This document shows, piece after piece, positions 55,701 to 64,000 of a DNA stretch of 64,000 nucleotides. The stretch lies in NCBI GenBank assembly GCA_965213685.1, contig CBDBZY010000064.1:1120001-1184000 (forward strand). Reading direction: 5' to 3'. A model generated the notes under the pieces. It had not been told where the DNA came from. It searched no databases and was given only the letters and a program-made list of their open reading frames with translations. Source of the DNA: a bacterium (lineage in GTDB: Bacteria; UBA8248). Each line of letters begins with the position of its first letter. The first letter of the stretch is position 1. The position numbers and the translations under genes were made by a program.

Positions 55701-56195
55701 GGTGCTGAAGTATTCTTTGATCGCGTAGCAGATTTGCTTGCATTGAGTTCACCACCCAAAGTGGTACGTGCAATGAAGCAGTGGAGGGGGAGTGGCCCAG
55801 ATTCTACTGTGGAAGAAAATGAGCTGTTTGCCATTCAAAAAACCTCCAAAGCTAAATTAAAGAATGCACGAGTTCTCAAAGTCTACAGTTTGAAGTATAA
55901 GAAAAAGAAGATATTGCCTGAGCACTGTGTTGGTGGGTTTTCTGCTCGTCCATACGATTGCCGCCTGTTCCTTCCAGAAATAACAGAGCTAATACGTGAT
56001 AACCTGCCAATTAAAGTTATGCTCTTTGTGAACTCTGAAACAGCCCAGGAACTCCCTCAGTCTCTTGCATCTTCCATGGTTACTATTGAAGGTTTCAGCA
56101 CTGAGACCACAGTGGTATGTACCACTGTACTCCATGAGGGTCTCAGAAATGATAAGCTGGTGGACATCCCCATCGATCTTGACATCAGTGTGCAG
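55701..56195 (+). CDS. CABIT-domain protein, coding exon 5; the gene continues downstream
   Basis: acacag acceptor, FDRVADLL..PKVVRA..ILPEHCVGGF..LPIKVML..LVDIPIDLDISVQ, donor gtacat, 495 bp, phase 0/0. Confidence 0.88.
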
Positions 56196-56309
56196 GTACA
56201 TACACACGTGTGAGCCCTTCTACATGTATTTATACAAATCTTCCACATTCAGTGCCTGTCAGCAGTTATTAACCCTTGGCGCATATGCACTGGAGGGTTA
56301 TGGTACTTG

Positions 56310-56479
<170 letters not shown>

Positions 56480-56599
56480 CTGTTACTATGTTTGTGGCGC
56501 TATCATCATCTTCTATGCTCGAACTAAGGTACTTGTAGTTTTAGTATGTACATTATCTCAACCTTTAATTGAGCGATTCTTGAAAAAAATTTCCATCAA

Positions 56600-58030
56600 G
56601 TTAATTCTACAGAGCATATAACATAAACAGTTTAAGATATGAAGGCCATGCTCACTCCCCTGAACAAATTCATTACCAATTGCATTTAAGTCTAGGCTGT
56701 CTTGTCTTTCTTTGTTCAAATGAAGCAGCATGAGATGGTTCAAATGTTTCTGCCCCATTGAGCTTCTCCGGTATGTATTTAATCACCTTATTGCAGAGAA
56801 GCTTTACTCACTGAGTGTATTGATCGCTGGGATGACAAGGAGATCAGCTGAGCTAAGTAGCATACTTCTCTGAAAAATGTGCATTCTTTCAGCTGGACTG
56901 CTGCCTTGTTACTTCCTTTGCTTGAAAACCAAGTCCCAAGGATCTGAAGCTACACCTGCAGCTCTGCAGCATTGAAGTCATCTTTGTAGAAAGACACTAC
57001 CTTTCCACAGAAATCTTCATAATTCTTTCCTCTTGCTGCATTGACAAGTAACTCTTCGAGATTCCTGTAAACTCCATAGCCTGGTTGATCAATAATACTA
57101 AAAACTGCTGTGCCAAGGACTTTGAAATACTTGAAACAGTAGTGGTCCTCAGCAGTAGAACTGTGAAAGCCACCACTGCTACCAACTTCCAACTTGAAGG
57201 GTGCTCTTCTCTGAAGGCAACACAGGCTCACTAACGCCCATCTTCTGACAATTGGTGTCAACAAAACTATGTATAGAATAGCTGAAATTTCTCACCACTG
57301 CCATCTGCTTTAGGGTGGCTACTGCGTAATCAGCCATTGTCTCTTTCTGCAGAGTCCTGCTCCGATTGTCAATGATCTTCAGGATTGATTTGCAATGATA
57401 CAAACCGAAGAACAGTTTGTACTGCATCATCTGGCTTTATGACCCTGCCCTTGATATCAGTATCCAGCCTTGTATCCAGGCACTCATCCCACAGCAGTTG
57501 GAGTATGCTGTAGTTCCTCAAACTGCATCACCTTGCACAGTTTAGCAAATAGGGCAGAAAGCATGGATGCCAATGCTGGATCCTCCTCCTTCTGAAGCTG
57601 CTAGCTCTGCTTTGATTCAATTAAACACAGCATTTTTTGCTTTGGAGAGTAGTGAGTTATTTCAATTGCCAAATAAAAAGCACCGGTCTTCAATTGCTTC
57701 ATTACATCTCCAACATCCAGGCTAAGTGCATGAGCATAGTAATGAGTCAGCACAGCAGGTGATTAGTTTGGCTTGGCAGCAACTCCATGCTTGCTACATA
57801 CCTATCATGTTAGATGCCCCATCATAGCATTGTCCACGACAATCTGAGAGCTTTATGTCTGCAGAAACAGATCTTTATAGCATCAGCCAAGCAATTTGCA
57901 TCTATTGTTTTGACATGTCTTAGCCCAATTACATCTTCATGATCAGTAAGGTTTTCATTCACCCACCTGATGCAGATGGTGAATTGCTCTGTGTTGGAAG
58001 CATCCATGCATTCATCAGCCATCAGCTGAA
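56600..58030 (-). pseudogene. hAT (ZMYM1-like/DUF4371) transposase pseudogene
   Basis: MADECMDASNTEQFTICIRWV, THYYAHALSL, QPGYGVYRNLEELL and MGQKHLNHLMLLHLNKE. Confidence 0.88.
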
Positions 58031-58069
58031 GATGCAAGCAAATGATGATAATATATGTATATGAACATA

Positions 58070-58812
58070 TGTTCCGCCCCAATGCACAACCCAGTCACTT
58101 GATCAACTGGATGCCGGTTAATCAACTGAATACCCAGTTGATCAACTGGCTGTTTGAATACCCAACTCTACAGTGTAATATGCCCGGTTGTACAACTGGA
58201 TGACCGTCCAGTTGTGCAACACTGTGCCCTTATGCTCGAGCAAGAAAGTATGCTGTCTGCTTGATGTACGTAGATCTAGATGTGCACTCAACTTATCTGA
58301 CTTGTACACCAAGATATATTTTTGCTGTTTATGCCAGTTGATCCATACCTTGCCTATGGTTGCACAGCCGGGCAGTGGTCTAATTGTTCAACCAGCTGTC
58401 TCAATGCTCAACTGGTGAATGTGCACAACTTGGTTTGTAAGGATATGTGGTCGGCTCTGTCTGAACACACAGCAAGCTAACTTGAAGAGTTCAAGAGGGA
58501 CAGCTAAGAAGGGCGTGACTTTTGTTAGTTTGTCTGATTTGTTCACCACCACAATGGTATGGCAAGCCTACTACTTATCATGATCTGTAGAGGGTGATCT
58601 TGGATAGGTTTTGTAATTACAGTACATTTGGAAAACGGTCTTGTAATCGCACTATCATTCGCTGCTAACCAACTCTTGTCATTTCCACTGACCGGTAGAT
58701 TCTCAGTACACAAACATATCATCTGGTTGATTAACTGCACATCCGATTGGTTTAACTGGATATCCAGTTAGTCATTGGGGATGGTGGTTGCACATCGGGG
58801 CAGTTAGAACAG
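58070..58812. mobile_element. Degenerate TIR element with CAACTGG subterminal repeats
   Basis: tgttc..gccccaatgcacaacc at the left is inverted as ggttgcacatcggggc..gaaca at the right. Confidence 0.55.
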
Positions 58813-59508
58813 CACCTTCCTATATGGTGTACTATTGTACAGCAAAACAAACAAGTAAATAAAACATTTTCCAAAAATGTAGAGGGATGTAGCCGTAGGG
58901 ATGGCAGATGCTCTTCTTTCAGGCACTAAAAAGCAATTTTTGACAACAGACAGCTTTTCCTACGTATGTGTCAGGGGCTGGGAGTAGCAAGAAGAAATTG
59001 AGGACCACCACTTGGAGTAGGGGCTGAGCCCCTTTAAAAAAGTCCTAAGCTACTCACTGCATGTATGTGACTGCCTACGTCAAACAAGTATCATCAACAT
59101 TTGTTGCTTACAAACAGAAATCAGCTGCTACAGTAGCTTTTGTAGGTGTTCTAGCGAGTAAAAATAATAGGTTGGCTTTAATAGTACAGTGAAGTAAGAT
59201 GCTACGTACTTCTAAACAGCTAGGCCTTATATCTAGGGATATAAGCTTGGCTTCGTGCACACGCACAGGGTCATGCTCAAAGTTCTGCCACGTGACATTA
59301 TATTAGAAAATGGCTTCCAAGTGTAGGGAAGAGTCTGGGGCTACTGTGTTTTGCTCGAAGTCAAACCAAGAACCAAACATGCTGGTAGTAAAAGGCACTA
59401 TGCACACAGGAAAGAAGGACATACATACAAAAGCCACCATGATAACTTTAGCCAGTTTTGCATAGGTCAATTTAGAAGAATCAAGAGAGTCAGTAGACTC
59501 CCTATGTA

Positions 59509-60234
59509 TAGTCTCGTGCCCAGACCCCACCCCCAAAATTGGAAAGGGTCTGGGGACATTGCTCGGAATTCTTGGTTGTGCTGACACAGCAGTCATGTGA
59601 CTGCCGCATGTGATTTGCACGTGTACATGTACATGTGGTGTGCATGCATATCAATATCTAGCTGTGTAGAGCTGGCCTGCTATCGCTCTGCAACTTACTA
59701 GAGCTCTAGCTAGCTAGAGTATTGGGTGCATGTACATGCTAGTGCCCTCTGCTCCTCTGTTGATTTCTCGTACCCGAGTGCTTGTACAGCAAGAGTAATA
59801 CACTTAGTGAGCGACTTTTCTGACACACTTATGTCAAAACAAGGCACATGTACGCAAGCCATGGCCTACTACCATGATTACACAGTTTCGCTATCACAGA
59901 GACGTCTAGTCATATCTAGCTCTAGTCGTTCTATAGAGGGCTAGCTGCGATACACCATAGATACTATACCTCCGTAAGGTATAGTATCTATGGATACACT
60001 ATACAGCTCTAGCAACACTTAGTCTCACTATTGATTGCCATGGCACACACATGTACATTAGTACTATAGTCCAAAGTCCACATCCGCACGTATGTACACA
60101 TACGTACACGGACCGCACGCACATGCAAATCTCACGCAGCCATCACATGACTGCTGTGTCAGCACAAACAAGAATTCCGAGCAGTGTCCCCAGATCCTTT
60201 CCCATTTTGGGGGTGGGGTATGGGCACGAGACTA
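59509..60234. mobile_element. MITE with TAGTCTCG..CGAGACTA ends and 9-bp TSD, inserted in a Helentron-like terminus
   Basis: ~110-bp TIRs. TSD CCCTATGTA at 59500-59508 and 60235-60243. Confidence 0.92.
59956..59992. mobile_element. 37-bp P-type remnant (probable excision footprint)
   Basis: CATAGATACTATACC-tccgtaa-GGTATAGTATCTATG flanked on both sides by GATACAC. Confidence 0.85.
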
Positions 60235-60756
60235 CCCTATGTAGGGATGGTGCCGACACACCCATAGTGTGCATACATTAGAAAGCCTTCTAAGCTCTTT
60301 AGCGCTCATGTTCTAAGCCTTTAGGTACCTAGCTATCCTATTCCAACCTATCTTAATCCCCACACGTAGCTAAAATGCATTGCCACACTTGCTGACAGAG
60401 AACCGCTGAAAGGTCAAATTGTTCATCTTCTTCTTCTTAAAGATTTTGTCAAACGGCCTATGTCGGAAGTGGCTGAAGTTTTAACCGTGGTTTTCCCACC
60501 AACGGCCTTAATTCGTGTGTGCGCAGTGCCTTTTACTAACAAATCGATGGTATCTTGGCAAACCTTGGTGAACAAACGCCAGTCGCTTTCCCATACTTGG
60601 TCTATAGAAGACATTGTCTAATAATGTCACGTGGCATAACTTTGAGCACGTGTCGTTATTACAACTTCCTTTATATTTGCACAGATTAGCCTCAGAAACT
60701 TGGGAGCACAGAGCAGCTTGTCGATAGGCCTCTGAGACACAGGAGGAGAGAGCAGC

Positions 60757-61225
60757 TTGTCTGTTGCAGGCTTCGGCTTTCCCCAACCGAGTGCTCCACT
60801 ACGCCTCCAGTCTGCGTGGCACCAAACACGTCAGCGGAGTCGCCTCCTCTTCATGGTTGACACACTGGGTCTGCCCACAATCTTCTTCACTCATAGTGCA
60901 GCAGATCTCCAGTGGTCAGAGCTGGCACAGCTTATCTGTCCTGACAACCCTGACTCCAGAGCTGCCCGTGCCAAGGCAGTTATCAAGAACCCAGCCCTTG
61001 CAGACTGGTTCTTCTACCACCGAGTCAGGGAGTTCATCAAGGCCTTGTCCTCAGAGGTACTGACTACTGGCTACAGTTCGAGTGGCAGCACTGTGGGAGC
61101 CCCCATGTGCATAGTCTAGCATGGCTGCTAGACACACCAGATTTGGAACAGATACTTGTTGACACAAGTGATGACTGATGACCTGAAGGAAGAGATTGTC
61201 AAGCATGCTGATCAGCTTGTGTCAT
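60757..61225 (+). pseudogene. Helitron/Helentron Rep (HUH endonuclease) fragment
   Basis: LGLPTIFFTHSAADLQWSEL..NPALADWFFYHR then, after a frameshift, YWLQFEWQHCGSPHVHSLAWL. Confidence 0.9.
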
Positions 61226-61233
61226 GACATATA

Positions 61234-61279
<46 letters not shown>

Positions 61280-64000
61280 CAAACTCTCCGAGATTTAATG
61301 TAGTGACCTACTCATCATGCAAGCAAAACTCCCAACCTTCATTGATTAATGGGTTGGGGGTTGGAGGTGTCGTGCAAGGGTCATTATTGCAGGGACACCA
61401 ACTGTAATTAATTATTACAGGGGCCCAGCCCTATCGCCAGCCTAGGACCAATTGGCCTACTCTGTCATTATCAGCTCTAATTGGCCCCTTTGAGGAAGCC
61501 CCTGCGATAATTATGCCCACCTCATTTAATTGCCCCCTTCTTACGCACAACACCCCTTAATGGACAAGGTGGCGCATGGGGTATCCAGCCAGCAAGGCTG
61601 ACAACCCACCCATAAAAGCTGGGCTACCAGCTCACCCCCATGCTCACCTTTATTCCCCCTTTTTCCTAGCCCCTTTAATACATTATTTAAATTTTTAGTC
61701 TATTTTGGCTAATATTCATATTTAACCTTTTTTTAAAATAATTATGCACAATGCAATTTAAGTGAACACTACAAAGGCAAGAAGCTACTAGTGAGATCCG
61801 TGAGCCAGTGCCCGGGAGACATTTGCCAGCTGTGCACAGGAAGCTTAATGTATAGTTTGTAGGCGTCGCTACGCCACCGCCCCAGAGTTTGGATGAGAGA
61901 GTCTTCCAGCCCACGCTGTGTTGCTGTTGTCGCAGCGCTGATCCGGAAACTGTGTCCATTGTAAGCTGTATCATCCAGGCCAGCCTGCCTGAGAGCTGCT
62001 TGCAAAGAGGATACAAGATATGCCCTGGTAAGGGGTGCTCCTGTGGAGCGCACGAAAAGGGGGCCCGGAGACGCTGGTCGAATGCTGATATATTGCAAGA
62101 GGGCCTAGATTGGGCAGACATCTGTTCCCAACCGGCCCATAAAGATTTCCATGCCCCGACAGTACGGGTCTGTCTTACTCTGCTTTAGCACCAGCCTCAC
62201 CATCAACGACTCAATATGGCTGTCCAGTGCCACATCACTGAGGCTCAGGTGAGTATCTGGGTCGTAAGATTCAGCTGATGGCACTGTAAACTCGCCTGCT
62301 CAAAGAAAGCCAAAAAACCCTGTGCACGCTGCGGCCCAGAGCATAACCCCATCAGCCACAGTAGGCTGGGCCAGCCACACTCTGCGCAGGCACTAGAGGA
62401 TCTCCATGGTTATGGGGAGCCTGGCATGTGACACGCTGCCACCTCTGGCCTCAACCTGCTTAATGCCCGTGAGGACATACTCCAGTCTAGGGAGAGGATT
62501 GGAGAAGGGATTGCCCAACCCTTGTTGGATCTGGAGGCAGCGAATTCCGGACAAATACGATTTATTGACCAGTGTTTTAGACCATCCTTAGCAAGGAAGG
62601 CTACGTATCTGCATAATGTGCCCTCCTGGAGAGGGTACGGGTTAGCCACTCCGTACTTCAAGCAGAAGGCTCCGTATCAGCGTTGTGCTGATTTGTAAAT
62701 CACACGAGTGGCAGGTGTAATGCAGTCTCCCAAGAAGCCCTCAACAGCAGCATCCAGCTGGGTGATGTCCAGTGCAGGTCGCGGTTGAACACCAGCTCTC
62801 GGAGCTCTACTGGGATAATTGCTGGCACTGGAACGCCTGTGGGTTGAGAGAGAAAAACAAATGGAGGCGGTTACAAGACAACGCGTCAGCTGATGCATTT
62901 TTTACCCCAGGCAGGTGATGTGCAGTAATGCGCATGTCTCAAATCGCTGCCAGGAATGCCAGTATCCTGAGCAGGTGCGACAGAGTGGGGTCCCTAGCTG
63001 CGCCCTTGTTTACCGCCCTGACGACTGTGGCATTGTCGCAGAGGCACTGGACATGTCTGCCTGCCCACTGTGGGCCCCACAGAGTGGCTGCTACAACTAT
63101 CGGAACCAGTTCCTTCGGAACAATAGAGACTGCAGCCCATGATTCAGGCCACTGGAGCTGGAACCAGCAGTTGCCATGAAAAGCTCCACAGCCCCATGCC
63201 CCAGAAGCATCTGACACCAGTTGGAGGGGGGGGTCCTGCCGGAGGCACAATGCTGGTTCCACTCCACACACTGAGGAATGTGTGCCACCAAGCCAGGTCT
63301 GCTCGCGCTGAGCTGTTGAGGTGGACCCAGTGATCAAGCTCTTTACTGCCACTGCTGCATGAATGAGACTACACAAGAAGGCCCTCCCCGGTCTGACTAC
63401 GGACGCTGTATGGTGCAGGAGGCCTAGCAATGAGAGTAGGTCCCGTTTCTTCCCAGAGCTCTGCGGTGTTGGCTGCTCAGACCGACTCATCCATGCAGCA
63501 ATGGTACCAGTTAACCAACCGAGCTTGTCTTGTGGAAGGCGGATCTATTGCTGCTGGGTGTCAATCTCGATGCTAAGAAATGTGAGTGCCGTTGTGGGGC
63601 CTTCAGTTTTGTCTTCGACCACTAGGAAACCCAACTTGTCGCAGAGTGCCAGAATCATCAACAATGCCGTGCCACATGCAGGCTGATCAGGGTGACCCTG
63701 GACCAGAAAGTCATCGAGGTAGTGTACAGTTGCATGTACACCCCGATCCCGGAGAACCCACATCATGGCATCTGTCAGGGTTGAAAACAGTTTGGGGGCT
63801 GAGCGTAGGCCAAAAGGTAGTGCCTTATTGAGGTAGGATGTGCCATTATATGACACTGCCAACAGCCGCTGATCGGACAGGTGTACCGGGACTGCCCTGT
63901 AGGCCTCCTTGAGGTCAAGTTTTGCCAGCAAAGTGCTTGGCCCTAGCGACTTGGCCAGCTCAAAAGCATGGTCCAGTGAGGCATAGGACACCGAGCAGAG
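61280..64000 (-). mobile_element. Ngaro/DIRS retrotransposon (RT, RNase H, tyrosine recombinase), running off the window
   Basis: AKLDLKEAYR, LPFGLRSAP, HYLDDF, SDASGAWGCGA, KELVPI, CDN, and recombinase motifs GHSFRI..TLGRWRSDAYKLY. Confidence 0.93.

Overview
Eukaryotic, AT-rich, repeat-saturated DNA. It is most consistent with a demosponge; this is an inference from the gene families, the transposon types and the excess of TACATGTA. Two host genes are supported: an intronless class-A GPCR (4280-5560, minus strand) and a multi-exon CABIT-domain (Themis/GAREM-like) gene on the plus strand, with five phase-compatible coding exons between 18272 and 56195 that continue past exon 5. Most remaining sequence is decayed or nested mobile DNA. 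Retroelements include CR1/L2-type and CRE-like LINEs, two Ngaro/DIRS elements and a deleted LTR element. DNA elements include hAT, THAP/ISL2EU, Crypton and Academ-like transposase relics, a Helitron Rep fragment, a multi-copy Helentron-like repeat, several MITEs with clear target-site duplications (TSDs) and a 2.2-kb foldback element. The most unusual signal is two otherwise dissimilar ~320-bp terminally redundant units (2155-2506 and 23371-23800). Each combines a tRNA-like domain at the tip of a long stem with a shared three-way-junction RNA core whose closing stem differs in sequence but still pairs. This suggests an undescribed retrozyme-like or circular-RNA-derived element. Family assignments come from motif recognition by eye; no searches were run.
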